Positions 9,504 to 19,817 of a stretch of 64,000 nucleotides of DNA are shown in pieces. This DNA comes from a virus: positions 1,975 to 65,974 of the IMG/VR virus record IMGVR_UViG_3300021431_002079, one strand, 5' to 3'. Numbering within the stretch: the stretch's first letter is position 1; each line of letters opens with the position of its first letter. The position numbers were made by a program, and so were the translations under genes. A model generated the notes under the pieces. The model had not been told where the DNA came from and did no database searches. It worked only from the letters and a program-made list of their open reading frames with translations.

Positions 9504-10820
9504 ATGAAGAAAGTTAATATTTATGTTAGCGAATTAGGAGAGGATTTTCTAACAAAAGATAGAGAGGAATTTGAAAAACAACTTCCTATATCAGATCCTG
9601 TTCCTGTTGAGAAAAAAGAAGAAATAACACAAAGTGCATTAAATAAACGTTTATCTCGTATACAAAATTCTATTAAGACAACAACAGATAAAGCAAATGA
9701 GATAATTGAAATATCTGAAGAAGTTGAAGAGAAAATAGGTAAGGATTACTCACGAAACTACTTTACTACTGTAGTAACAACAGGTGGTAATATTTTATGG
9801 GATGGTAAATCAAATAATGCATTATCTTATTCAACAGATGGTGGTACAACATGGAGTACTGCAAGTAGTAGTATAACACTATCAGTTAATGATGGTGATA
9901 AAGTTCTGTGGAAAGGTGTAACAACACCAGTAGAATACGGCGGTATTGGTAAATTCGGTGGTGGTAGTACTAGTGTAAGATATTCTGTAGAAGGTAATGT
10001 AATGTCATTATTGTTTGGGGATGACTTTAAAGGACAGACAAGTCTTGAAGGTAAAAATTATGCTTTTTCTAGTTTATTCTTTCAGGCCAATAATTATAAT
10101 GTAACAAGTATTGAGAATTTATCATTACCTGCAACAACATTATCTAATTATTGTTATTCAGGTATGTTCCAAGGTTGCACAAGTTTAACAACAGCACCAC
10201 AGTTACCTGCTATAACATTAACACAAAATTGTTATAGCGGTATGTTCGCTGATTGTACAAAACTAACAAATGCTCCACAATTACCTGCAACAATATTAGC
10301 AAGTAATTGTTATGATAATATGTTCTCTGGTTGTACAAGTTTAACATCTGCACCAGAGTTACCTGCAACAACATTAGCAACTTGGTGTTATTATGGTATG
10401 TTCTCTGGTTGTACAAGTTTAACAACAGCACCTGAGTTACCTGCAACAACATTGGCAATGAAATGCTATAGAAATATGTTCCAAGGTTGTACAAGTCTTA
10501 CAAATGCACCTGAGTTACCCGCAATAACATTGGTATATGAATGTTATAGAAATATGTTCGATGGTTGTACAAAACTAACAAATGCACCAGAGTTACCAGC
10601 AATAACATTAGTAGATAGTTGTTATCGAAGTATGTTCGATGGTTGTACAAATCTAAAGTCAATAAAGTGTCTTGCAACAGATATTAGTGCATATAACTGT
10701 ACGAAAGAGTGGGTAAATGGTGTTGCAACAAATGGTACGTTTGCTAAGGATGAAAATATGACAAACTGGACAACAGGTGTTAATGGTATACCAGAAGGTT
10801 GGACTGTGCAAAATGCTTAA
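9504..10820 (+). CDS. BspA-like 26-residue leucine-rich-repeat surface protein; candidate fibre/receptor-binding protein
   Basis: about 8 tandem 26-aa repeats CYxxMFxGCTSLTxAPxLPAxTLxxx; N-terminal acidic coiled segment; central module SRNYFTTVVTTGGNILW...VRYSVEGNVMSLLFGDDFKGQTSL shared with ORF 17151-19166. Confidence 0.6.
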   Translation: MKKVNIYVSELGEDFLTKDREEFEKQLPISDPVPVEKKEEITQSALNKRLSRIQNSIKTTTDKANEIIEISEEVEEKIGKDYSRNYFTTVVTTGGNILWDGKSNNALSYSTDGGTTWSTASSSITLSVNDGDKVLWKGVTTPVEYGGIGKFGGGSTSVRYSVEGNVMSLLFGDDFKGQTSLEGKNYAFSSLFFQANNYNVTSIENLSLPATTLSNYCYSGMFQGCTSLTTAPQLPAITLTQNCYSGMFADCTKLTNAPQLPATILASNCYDNMFSGCTSLTSAPELPATTLATWCYYGMFSGCTSLTTAPELPATTLAMKCYRNMFQGCTSLTNAPELPAITLVYECYRNMFDGCTKLTNAPELPAITLVDSCYRSMFDGCTNLKSIKCLATDISAYNCTKEWVNGVATNGTFAKDENMTNWTTGVNGIPEGWTVQNA

Positions 10821-10830
10821 ATTAAATATT

Positions 10831-10866
10831 AAGAACACCTTATTTAAAGGTGTTCTTTTTTTCTTC
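10831..10866 (+). terminator. rho-independent terminator
   Basis: stem aagaacacctt / aaggtgttctt, loop attta, then T8. Confidence 0.6.
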
Positions 10867-10921
10867 TTTAATTTCGTTGTTAAACATTATTTTTAATATA
10901 TATAGAAGAAATAGTGATTAA

Positions 10922-13900
10922 ATGGAATTTGTAGATAACACAGGACATATTTTTAGTTTACCATCTTATGATGAGTTACCAATTGGGTATGAGTATGAAG
11001 AAAACCCATATATATTTTGGATAGATGCAACAAATACATCAAAATTATCTGTTAATAATTATTATTCAAAACCTATTTATATTTTATACAGATGTGACGA
11101 TAATTTTGATGTAGAAAAATTAACTGATGAAAATAATCCGTTATTGAGTTTTGATATTTATATTAAAGAGTCAAATGTATTTAAGTTAATATCTCCAAAG
11201 AAATTTCAAGAATGTATATCTAAAGAAGATTTTTCTTTGAATGATTATGTTAATTTAAATATGTTAGAAAAAACATCTGAAGATGGGCATATTGATTATG
11301 TTGAGAAGTATTCATTTATTAAAGAAAAATTAAATAATGATGATATTTATGCTATTAAGACATCAGAATCATTAAATGAATCTACTATTATAAATTATCT
11401 TATGATTCCTATTTATCCAATTGCTATGGCTTCTGAACCTGGTACTTGGATAACTAACATTATGATTCATATTAAAGATAATGAATCTAATCGTGATGAA
11501 TGGTGTGATATCTCCGTTGGTGGAGAATTTATTAGTGAGTATGAAGAATTAGTTATAAATGGAAAAAATATGGGTATAACATTACCTAAAGATATATTAA
11601 GATCTATTTATAATGAAAGTTTATATAATGATGAGTATAATGAAGCTCTTTATAATAAAAAGATAAAAGAGTATTTGTTTAACTACATGAACATCAAAGG
11701 TAACACTGGTAATTTTAAATCAGCTGTGGATTCATTAAAATGGTTTGGGTATGGAGATAAGTTAACTATTTCTAAACTTCTTAGAACAGATAATGAAGTT
11801 AAAGAACAATATATATTAGATTATTTCAATTTATCTAATGATATCTTAGAATCATTCAAGACATTTGTGTCAAAAGCATATGTGTCTATTATGTTGATGA
11901 TAAATAAAGAATTAGATGAATGTGAGAAATTCGATAAAGATAGTGATAATTTCTATGGAGAAGCTAAACCTAAAACATTATCATTATTAGATTATTATGA
12001 AAAGATTCAAATAGGTAATAATGATATGCCTATAGAAGATGATAAAGAAAAGTATTTTTACTGGAAACCATATTTTAATTTTTCATTCAATGAATTAGGT
12101 ATTAAGCTAATGTGTTTAGCTCATTATTATAAAAAATATTTCTTACCAATTCATTTAAACATTCATAATGCTAGTTTAGGATATAGAGTATTCACTAATG
12201 ACGTTAAATTAACTAATGTTGCTGGATCTGTTATATCTTATCCATCTATTATGTTAAATAATAAAAATGATGTCGAATTCACTGGCAGTGGTGTTCATTA
12301 TTTCACTAAGCAGATACATTTAGTTGATGAATGGTTTAATGAGTATAGCATATTTACAGATCCAGAGTATCAGAATAGCGAGATTCACCATATATATAAA
12401 ATAGATGATACATGTGTTAATATCCCAATAAGATTTAAAAACCCTGGGTATTACAATTGTGTGTTATTATTACAGAAAGCATCCGATAATAAGACTATAT
12501 ACGAAACACATTTTGCATTCTGTCAAGATGAAGATTCAAATGAGTATAAAAACTTTATTATATATCCAAAGAAATTTAATACTATTATAGATGGAGAAAA
12601 AAGAAAGTCTAAACATTTTGATTATTGGATAAATAAAGATTTTATAATAAAGTTATTAGTCAATAATACATGGTATGAGTATAACTTTACATTGAAGATA
12701 CATAAACCACAAGTTGATTTTGGAACACTTAAGTATAGATATTTCATTAATGATCATAATTTTGTTATGAATAAGTTTGAAAATAATGATTTAGCAAACA
12801 TTCATAATTTAATAATGTATGATGATAATGATAGAGATAGAGAAGGAAATTCTAAAATAGTAGATACAGATATATCAGATACTAATATATATGAAGAATT
12901 AAATAACGTAGATATTAGTATGACTGGATATGTTGGTCGTTATTTCCAACATAATCATGAAGAAAAAGATATTAATACATTCTCAATAGATTATTTAAGT
13001 GAAGAATCACTAAATGAAGATGAGTATGTTTATATAATAAATTGCGATAATATAAATAACATTAACTTAATATTAGATAATGATGGGGATGATGTTTATA
13101 AATACACATATAAGATAAAATCATTCTCTATAGATGATGTTACAGATAACACATACACAGCTATTATATATCCTGAAAGACTTGGTGAAATACAATTAAT
13201 AAAGACAGACTTATTAAATATAAATTCAATAATATATAATAAGCTACACTTGAATAGTAATATTTCATTTGTTGAATCATTTAATACAAGTTTTGAAGAT
13301 CATCTTTACCAGTATTTCAAGCAAAACTATAATCTGATTTCACCATTCAGACAGTTAAGTTATGTTGGTACTATAGATGATAAGAAAGTAGTATCATTCA
13401 ACGCATATATGCATAACAAACAGATAGTTAATGTTAATGATATTGACTATGATGTTAATATGTACGATATAATACAGTATCATTTAGATCATAACTTAAT
13501 GTATGTAGATAAAGATATGATAAATGACAAATATTATAAATACATATTATACAATGATCATATTATATATATATGCGATGAAATGATTGGTAAGACTATT
13601 GAGTTTAAAACAGATATATTAGAGAATTACCCAAATTATTTAATATATAAAGAAGGTGAACAAAAATATGTTATATCTATTAATGAAGATGGTAGTGCAA
13701 CAATTATAGAAAACAGTAATGATTCAGAAACAGTTACTTTATACTATGATGTTGAATCAAACGCATACTATAATTCAGATGCATATTATTACATCTATGA
13801 TAGATTACATAATAACATAGATTTAATAAATGATAGATATAATACAATAGTAAACCTACCAGATAACTTAAAGTATAAAAATTCAGTACACATGTTTGGT

Positions 13901-15991
13901 TTATACACTACAGATGAAGATAAGAAAAATGTCTTAGCATTCCGTAATGACATAGATATGTGGATATCTGGTTTGCACTTTACACATAAGCGAACATCTG
14001 ATTTAGAAGATAACAACCAATTGAAAATATATATAAATGGTAACTTAACTGAAAACATTGATAGTAGATATCCTGATGTGTATGGATTATATTGGAATGA
14101 TGTTGACCCTAAACCAATAATAGATATGTTATCAAATAATAATGATTATGCTATTTATATAAAAGACAATAGATTCCTTGGTAATCAAGATGAATCATTA
14201 AATTTATATGATTACGACACATCAGAATTTAGATATGTGTTCAACACAGAATTCACAACAGTATGCTACGGGTATTATGAATCATTAGATGATTTTTATA
14301 TAAATAAACCAACAAAATATGAGTATGAACCTGGATATGAAAAAATCGAAATAGAATTTGATAATGATAAATTTTATTTTAATGATTTGGCTGTTAAAGA
14401 TATAACAGATACATCTAAATATTACAAGAATGAGTTGAGTTATAATATAATATTTTTAAATTCTGATGGTAGTGAAATGGAAGAAATATCATTAAACAAT
14501 ATTGAAGATAAAACTTATACATCTATAAAAGTAGAATTTAAGTATCATGTTCCATATATAGTAAGAAATAAATTCTTTACATTACCTGATTATATTTCAG
14601 AAGTATCTCCAATTACAGATATGCTTATATATGATAGTGATGGTAAGCATTTATTCAAGTTTACAAAAGATGGAGAAGAACATATTATAGAATTGATTTA
14701 TTTAGGTAAAAAATATCAATACATAGATAACCAATACGGCAATATTATATCTAACCAAAATCCTGCTGCATATTGGTATAATGTTGATGATGGTAAAATA
14801 GAAACGTTATCTTTATATCTAAATGAGTTAGAGAGATTCTCATATGATGAAAAGATAGTTGATTTAGACACATTTGAAAATAATATGAATTTATATTTAT
14901 ACAAACACTTTATGTATAATAAATTCGCTGATGATGCAAATGAAGCATTATATAATTATCAAAACTATTTGACAAAAGAATTGACTGGAATTTCTGGAGA
15001 CTATGAAATGTACATATTATCTAACTATCAATATAAAGATAAGATAAGATTATGTATGGAAGCTATTGATGAAGATAACAACATGGAATTATATAGTGTT
15101 AATAGTTCTTTAGATGTTATTGATAGTGTAAAAATAAATTTATCAGGTAGTGAGAAATCAGTTAAAATATATGTACAGATAGCTCATGAAGATAATGAAG
15201 AGATGAATAATATATATATAATTCCAAAGTTAGATAAAATCATTAACATAGAAAAACGATTAGAGTATGTTCCTGAAGAATACTCAACAGATGTTATAAC
15301 TGTAAAAATAAATGATAAAGAATACAGCTTCGGAGATAACCAAAATGAAAAAACTGTTGAATTATATAATAAATTCTTCAAATTAAAGTATTCTATGTAC
15401 GATACATACATTCATGATAACACAATAAAATCAAATTTATTATATAGAGTATATGATAACATTAAAAAATTAAATTTAAATATGTATCTTAATTATGATT
15501 TTTATTTAATGCATGATGATAAGTATTGGTACGGATTATATATATCTCAAGAGACATGTAATTTTGTAAGAAACTTACATGATTTGAGTATTCCTGACAA
15601 TAAAAAGAAAATACAAATAAAAACATCTGGAGAGACATATGTATTTAATTATGAAAAATCTTCTAACGAATACTTGATTAACCGTTTTGAATACATATCA
15701 TCTCATGGTGTTAACCAGTTTAAGAATGATGACATAATTGCATGTTATATATATAATAATGATAGATTACCATTTGCAAGTAGAATAAATTCAAAGTGGA
15801 ACATAAAACCAATGTCATTAGGTATGTCAACATCTAAATCATTTGAATCTAATGGTGAAATGACAATATTATCTTTACCATTCAATAACAATACTTATGA
15901 AAAAGGATACTATAATGTCGATATTAGGTATTCAATAGATAGAGACATACAACACCAATTCAAACATAATACAAAAATAAGAGTATCGTAA
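10922..15991 (+). CDS. very large hypothetical protein (1689 aa), probably structural
   Basis: uninterrupted 5-kb ORF, N/Y/D/I-rich, no enzymatic motif; sits among fibre-like genes; stop 1 nt before next start. Confidence 0.55.
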   Translation: MEFVDNTGHIFSLPSYDELPIGYEYEENPYIFWIDATNTSKLSVNNYYSKPIYILYRCDDNFDVEKLTDENNPLLSFDIYIKESNVFKLISPKKFQECISKEDFSLNDYVNLNMLEKTSEDGHIDYVEKYSFIKEKLNNDDIYAIKTSESLNESTIINYLMIPIYPIAMASEPGTWITNIMIHIKDNESNRDEWCDISVGGEFISEYEELVINGKNMGITLPKDILRSIYNESLYNDEYNEALYNKKIKEYLFNYMNIKGNTGNFKSAVDSLKWFGYGDKLTISKLLRTDNEVKEQYILDYFNLSNDILESFKTFVSKAYVSIMLMINKELDECEKFDKDSDNFYGEAKPKTLSLLDYYEKIQIGNNDMPIEDDKEKYFYWKPYFNFSFNELGIKLMCLAHYYKKYFLPIHLNIHNASLGYRVFTNDVKLTNVAGSVISYPSIMLNNKNDVEFTGSGVHYFTKQIHLVDEWFNEYSIFTDPEYQNSEIHHIYKIDDTCVNIPIRFKNPGYYNCVLLLQKASDNKTIYETHFAFCQDEDSNEYKNFIIYPKKFNTIIDGEKRKSKHFDYWINKDFIIKLLVNNTWYEYNFTLKIHKPQVDFGTLKYRYFINDHNFVMNKFENNDLANIHNLIMYDDNDRDREGNSKIVDTDISDTNIYEELNNVDISMTGYVGRYFQHNHEEKDINTFSIDYLSEESLNEDEYVYIINCDNINNINLILDNDGDDVYKYTYKIKSFSIDDVTDNTYTAIIYPERLGEIQLIKTDLLNINSIIYNKLHLNSNISFVESFNTSFEDHLYQYFKQNYNLISPFRQLSYVGTIDDKKVVSFNAYMHNKQIVNVNDIDYDVNMYDIIQYHLDHNLMYVDKDMINDKYYKYILYNDHIIYICDEMIGKTIEFKTDILENYPNYLIYKEGEQKYVISINEDGSATIIENSNDSETVTLYYDVESNAYYNSDAYYYIYDRLHNNIDLINDRYNTIVNLPDNLKYKNSVHMFGLYTTDEDKKNVLAFRNDIDMWISGLHFTHKRTSDLEDNNQLKIYINGNLTENIDSRYPDVYGLYWNDVDPKPIIDMLSNNNDYAIYIKDNRFLGNQDESLNLYDYDTSEFRYVFNTEFTTVCYGYYESLDDFYINKPTKYEYEPGYEKIEIEFDNDKFYFNDLAVKDITDTSKYYKNELSYNIIFLNSDGSEMEEISLNNIEDKTYTSIKVEFKYHVPYIVRNKFFTLPDYISEVSPITDMLIYDSDGKHLFKFTKDGEEHIIELIYLGKKYQYIDNQYGNIISNQNPAAYWYNVDDGKIETLSLYLNELERFSYDEKIVDLDTFENNMNLYLYKHFMYNKFADDANEALYNYQNYLTKELTGISGDYEMYILSNYQYKDKIRLCMEAIDEDNNMELYSVNSSLDVIDSVKINLSGSEKSVKIYVQIAHEDNEEMNNIYIIPKLDKIINIEKRLEYVPEEYSTDVITVKINDKEYSFGDNQNEKTVELYNKFFKLKYSMYDTYIHDNTIKSNLLYRVYDNIKKLNLNMYLNYDFYLMHDDKYWYGLYISQETCNFVRNLHDLSIPDNKKKIQIKTSGETYVFNYEKSSNEYLINRFEYISSHGVNQFKNDDIIACYIYNNDRLPFASRINSKWNIKPMSLGMSTSKSFESNGEMTILSLPFNNNTYEKGYYNVDIRYSIDRDIQHQFKHNTKIRVS

Positions 15992-15992
15992 T

Positions 15993-16400
15993 ATGAAATC
16001 ACTAAGTGTATACATACAAGAATCTGAAAAATCACCAAATGCATTTGTTATATTAAAACCAGGATTCATAAGTCATTTTGATGAATGGAAAAATATGTTA
16101 GAAGAAAATGGTTGGGAAATATTAAAAAAGAAAACAACTAAGTTATCATTAGATGATGCACAAAAATTATATAAGATGCATAAAGATAAAGATTTCTATA
16201 AAGATTTGTGTGAATACATGTCATCAGATAAATGCATATGTATGATTTGCTATAAAGATGTTAAAGACCCTATTGATAATATGAGTAAACTAAAAGATAA
16301 AGTTAGAAACAAATGGGGTAAAAGTGAAATGAAAAATGCTATGCATAGTTCAGACTCATTAAATAATGTTGTACGAGAAAAAAACATTATTTTTAATTAA
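15993..16400 (+). CDS. nucleoside diphosphate kinase-like protein (degenerate)
   Basis: N-terminal FVILKPGF resembles NDK FxxIKPDGV; C-terminal NAMHSSDSLNNVVREKNIIF aligns to NDK NxxHGSDSxExAxREIxLWF, with the catalytic-loop Gly replaced by Ser; 135 aa as in NDKs. Confidence 0.5.
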   Translation: MKSLSVYIQESEKSPNAFVILKPGFISHFDEWKNMLEENGWEILKKKTTKLSLDDAQKLYKMHKDKDFYKDLCEYMSSDKCICMICYKDVKDPIDNMSKLKDKVRNKWGKSEMKNAMHSSDSLNNVVREKNIIFN

Positions 16401-17000
16401 ATGAGAACTATAGATTCATACATAAATGAGAAACTAAATTTATCTACTAAGTACACATGTAAAGCAAAAAATAAAAGTGACCTTAGAAAGATAATAATAG
16501 AGCGTCTTAATAAAGATAAAAATGCCAATCTAAATGATATAGATGTATCAGGTATAACAGATATGTCATTTTTATTTGATGGATTAGGTCCTCATAATAT
16601 AGATATAAGTGAATGGGACGTTAGTAATGTTACAAATATGCATTCTATGTTTTTAAATTGTGAAAAATTTAATAGCGATTTAAGTAACTGGGATGTTAGT
16701 AATGTTAAAAATATGAATACTATGTTTTATATGTGTGATAATTTTAATTCTGATGTAAGTGACTGGAATGTCTCAAATGTTACACAAATGCATGGGATGT
16801 TTTATGGGTGTTATAGTTTTAATAATGATATAAGTAAATGGGATGTTAGTAATGTTGAAGATATATCATACATGTTTTATTGTTGTGAAAAATTTAATTG
16901 TGACTTAAGTAACTGGGATGTCTCACCTAATATTAAAAAATTCTTAGCATTTAAATATTGTACTTCTTTAAAACCATTACCAAAATGGTACAAAAATTAA
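16401..17000 (+). CDS. DUF285 / bacterial-surface-protein 26-residue-repeat protein with CTS-like leader
   Basis: N-terminus MRTIDSYINEKLNLS; repeats FLNCEKFNSDLSNWDVSNVKNMNTMF etc.; C-terminal ...LKPLPKWYKN. Confidence 0.7.
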   Translation: MRTIDSYINEKLNLSTKYTCKAKNKSDLRKIIIERLNKDKNANLNDIDVSGITDMSFLFDGLGPHNIDISEWDVSNVTNMHSMFLNCEKFNSDLSNWDVSNVKNMNTMFYMCDNFNSDVSDWNVSNVTQMHGMFYGCYSFNNDISKWDVSNVEDISYMFYCCEKFNCDLSNWDVSPNIKKFLAFKYCTSLKPLPKWYKN

Positions 17001-17011
17001 AGTATTTGATT

Positions 17012-17158
17012 ATGGATATAACATGTGAAAATTGTAAACTCTTTAATGAGTTATTAGATATAAATAATTGTAACGGAAATGTGGTTGCGACTACCCATAA
17101 AGACGATATGGGGTGTTATAAGATACAAAAAAATTATAAAAATAATATATATGAGTAA
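17012..17158 (+). CDS. hypothetical small Cys-containing protein (48 aa)
   Basis: MDITCENCK...NNCNGN...GCYK; stop overlaps next start; weak. Confidence 0.25.
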   Translation: MDITCENCKLFNELLDINNCNGNVVATTHKDDMGCYKIQKNYKNNIYE

Positions 17159-19166
17159 TTATAGAATTGAAGATCGTTTAAAGGCAATGGGGTATGATCC
17201 ATCTACTTTAGAAGAAAACGATAAGATAGCTATCGCGACAAATTTGAATTACTTACATGATGAATACATAGAAGAAATTGCTGAAAATCCTTGGTATGTA
17301 CCAGGTGGTGTCATAAATATTTATGATGATAAATATGTTCCAGTAACTTCTATTATTATAAATGAAGAAATTCCAAAACTTAATGTTGGCGATACATACA
17401 CAATTAATGCAACGGTTAAACCAGATAATGCATCGTTTAAACAATTATTATATAAATCTGGAGATGAATCTATTGTTACTATAGATAAAAATGGTAAAAT
17501 AACTAGTAAAGCAGTTGGTACAACAACAATAACTGTTATATCTGATGATAATGAAGCAATAACAGCTGAAGCAACCGTTGAAGTTAAAATTGGTGTAACA
17601 AGTGTTACAGTAAGTGGTGCAGAACTTGTTAAAACAGGTAATCCACAACAATTGAGTGTAGTAGTTGAACCTGAGGATGCAACACATAAAGAAGTAACAT
17701 GGTCATCAAGTAATGAAAATGTTGCAACAGTTAATGACAACGGTTTAGTTACTGCAATCAGTGGAGGTAATGTAACTATTACAACAACATCTATCGATAA
17801 TCCAAGTGCTAAAGGAACTCATAATATGATATCTAAAATTAGTGTAACAAGTGTAGACATTCAAGAAGAATCTGTAGAAATTAATTCAGGAGATACTACA
17901 CAATTACATGTAACAGTATTACCTGAAAATGCTACAGATAAAACTGTGACATGGACATCAAGTGATACAAACATTGCAACAGTTGATGATGCTGGGTTAG
18001 TTGCTGGTGTAGGTGATGGTGAGGTTGAAATAACTGTAACATCAAAGGATAATACTTCGTTAACAGACACATGTACGATTGTATCTAAAATTAATTACTC
18101 ACGAAACTACTTTACTACTGTAGTAACAACTGGTGGTGATATTACTTGGACAGGTACAAATAATAATGCGTTATCTTACTCAACAGATAATGGTACAACA
18201 TGGAGTACGCCAAGTCAAGACATAACACTACAAGTTAATGAGAATGATAAGGTGTTATGGAAAGGAACGACAACACCAATTGAAGATGATGGTATAGGTA
18301 AGTTCAGTGGTGATACTGATGTAAGATACTCTGTAGAAGGTAATATAATGTCATTGCTATTTGGGGATGACTTCAAAGGACAAACAAGTCTTAATGGTAA
18401 GGATTATGCATTCTATGTGTTATTTAGTGGTAACACCAATGTAACAAGTACTGAGAATCTTTCATTACCTGCAACAACATTAGTAAATAGTTGTTATCGA
18501 TACATGTTTGAAAGTTGTACAAATCTAACAACAGCTCCATCAGTATTACCAGCAACAACGTTAACAAATGAATGCTATAGTGATATGTTCAATGGTTGTA
18601 CAAGTTTAACAACAGCACCACAGTTACCTGCAATAACGTTGGATGTTCAATGTTATCAGGAAATGTTCCGTAATTGTACAAGTCTAACAACTGCACCACA
18701 GTTACCAGCAACAACGTTGGCTGAAAGTTGTTATAGTGAAATGTTCAATGGTTGTACAAATCTGACAACAGCACCAGAGTTACCAGCAACAACGTTGGCA
18801 GAGTCTTGTTATGAATATATGTTCTCTAGTTGTACAAGTCTAACAACAGCCCCTGAGTTACCTGCAACAACATTAGCGGATTACTGTTATAGTAAGATGT
18901 TCCAATATTGTACAAGTCTAACAACAGCACCTGAATTACCAGCAACAACATTGGCAGTTGATTGTTATTATTATATGTTCTCTGAGTGTACAAATCTAAA
19001 CTCAATAACATGTCTTGCAACTAACATTAGTGCAACTGAGTGTACAAAGAATTGGGTAAAGAATGTTGCATCAAACGGTACATTTACCAAGGCCGCAAGT
19101 ATGACAAGTTGGGTAACAGGTACTTGGGGTATTCCAAGTGGTTGGACTGTAGTTGATGCTAATTAA
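17151..19166 (+). CDS. Big_2 (bacterial Ig-like) + BspA-like 26-residue LRR protein; candidate fibre/decoration/receptor-binding protein
   Basis: three about 80-aa Ig-like segments (VTSVTVSGAELVKTGNPQQLSVVVEPEDATHKEVTWSSSNENVATV...) typical of Big_2; then the same conserved module as 9504-10820 (33 nt identical at 18097-18129 vs 9751-9783); then about 8 LRR repeats; start chosen at MSNYRIE. Confidence 0.65.
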   Translation: MSNYRIEDRLKAMGYDPSTLEENDKIAIATNLNYLHDEYIEEIAENPWYVPGGVINIYDDKYVPVTSIIINEEIPKLNVGDTYTINATVKPDNASFKQLLYKSGDESIVTIDKNGKITSKAVGTTTITVISDDNEAITAEATVEVKIGVTSVTVSGAELVKTGNPQQLSVVVEPEDATHKEVTWSSSNENVATVNDNGLVTAISGGNVTITTTSIDNPSAKGTHNMISKISVTSVDIQEESVEINSGDTTQLHVTVLPENATDKTVTWTSSDTNIATVDDAGLVAGVGDGEVEITVTSKDNTSLTDTCTIVSKINYSRNYFTTVVTTGGDITWTGTNNNALSYSTDNGTTWSTPSQDITLQVNENDKVLWKGTTTPIEDDGIGKFSGDTDVRYSVEGNIMSLLFGDDFKGQTSLNGKDYAFYVLFSGNTNVTSTENLSLPATTLVNSCYRYMFESCTNLTTAPSVLPATTLTNECYSDMFNGCTSLTTAPQLPAITLDVQCYQEMFRNCTSLTTAPQLPATTLAESCYSEMFNGCTNLTTAPELPATTLAESCYEYMFSSCTSLTTAPELPATTLADYCYSKMFQYCTSLTTAPELPATTLAVDCYYYMFSECTNLNSITCLATNISATECTKNWVKNVASNGTFTKAASMTSWVTGTWGIPSGWTVVDAN

Positions 19167-19191
19167 TGCTTAATAATTTTATATAACTTAG

Positions 19192-19227
19192 TGGAACACT
19201 CTAACAATTAGAGCGTTCCATTTTTTT
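19192..19227 (+). terminator. rho-independent terminator
   Basis: stem tggaacactcta / tagagcgttcca then T7. Confidence 0.6.
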
Positions 19228-19273
19228 GAATACATATCAATTATTTTCTATATTTAAAAAAAGAAATTAATTT

Positions 19274-19555
19274 ATGAAGCTTTCAGATGTAAAACCCCTA
19301 ATAGATGAATGGTTTACAACTCATACTACTGAAGACCTTAAACAGGTGTTAATTAGTCTTGGTATGAAAGAAGAAGATTTTGAAGATGAAACAGTAATTC
19401 ATTATGATGATTTGCCTTTAGAAGATGCTTTAGAAACTTTGCATGAAGAAATGATAGATTACGTTAATAATGAAGAAATTTCTAAAGACAAATTTATTTA
19501 TTTTATAAACACTTTAGGTTCTATTATAAATAAACACTGGCCCTATGCTTTATAA
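19274..19555 (+). CDS. hypothetical acidic protein (93 aa)
   Basis: ORF; E/D-rich. Confidence 0.4.
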   Translation: MKLSDVKPLIDEWFTTHTTEDLKQVLISLGMKEEDFEDETVIHYDDLPLEDALETLHEEMIDYVNNEEISKDKFIYFINTLGSIINKHWPYAL

Positions 19556-19625
19556 TTTTATATATAGTATTTGAATTTTTTTATTTTTGTTCTATATTAG
19601 TTATAACTAAAAAAAAATAAATCAT

Positions 19626-19808
19626 ATGAACATTACACGTGGAGTATTAGAATTTGAGAAGTGGTTTAATTCAAAAGATTTTCCTGGGGATCTTGAAACT
19701 GCTGATGTTGAAGAATGTGTTCTTGCTTGGGCAGATGCAACAGAGACAGATCTTGGGGATAATTTAGATACTATTTGTAAGCGTATTGTTGAACTTGGAA
19801 TTTGTTAA
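19626..19808 (+). CDS. hypothetical small acidic protein (60 aa)
   Basis: ORF only. Confidence 0.35.
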   Translation: MNITRGVLEFEKWFNSKDFPGDLETADVEECVLAWADATETDLGDNLDTICKRIVELGIC

Positions 19809-19817
19809 ATTTATTAA

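Noticed and set aside
10210-10494. Minus-strand ORFs (10210-10494, 18826-19020) antisense to the LRR repeat regions
   Set aside because: They are low-complexity frames (LLQVTQVLLL...) created by the periodic 78-nt coding repeats on the plus strand and lie entirely inside well-supported plus-strand genes.
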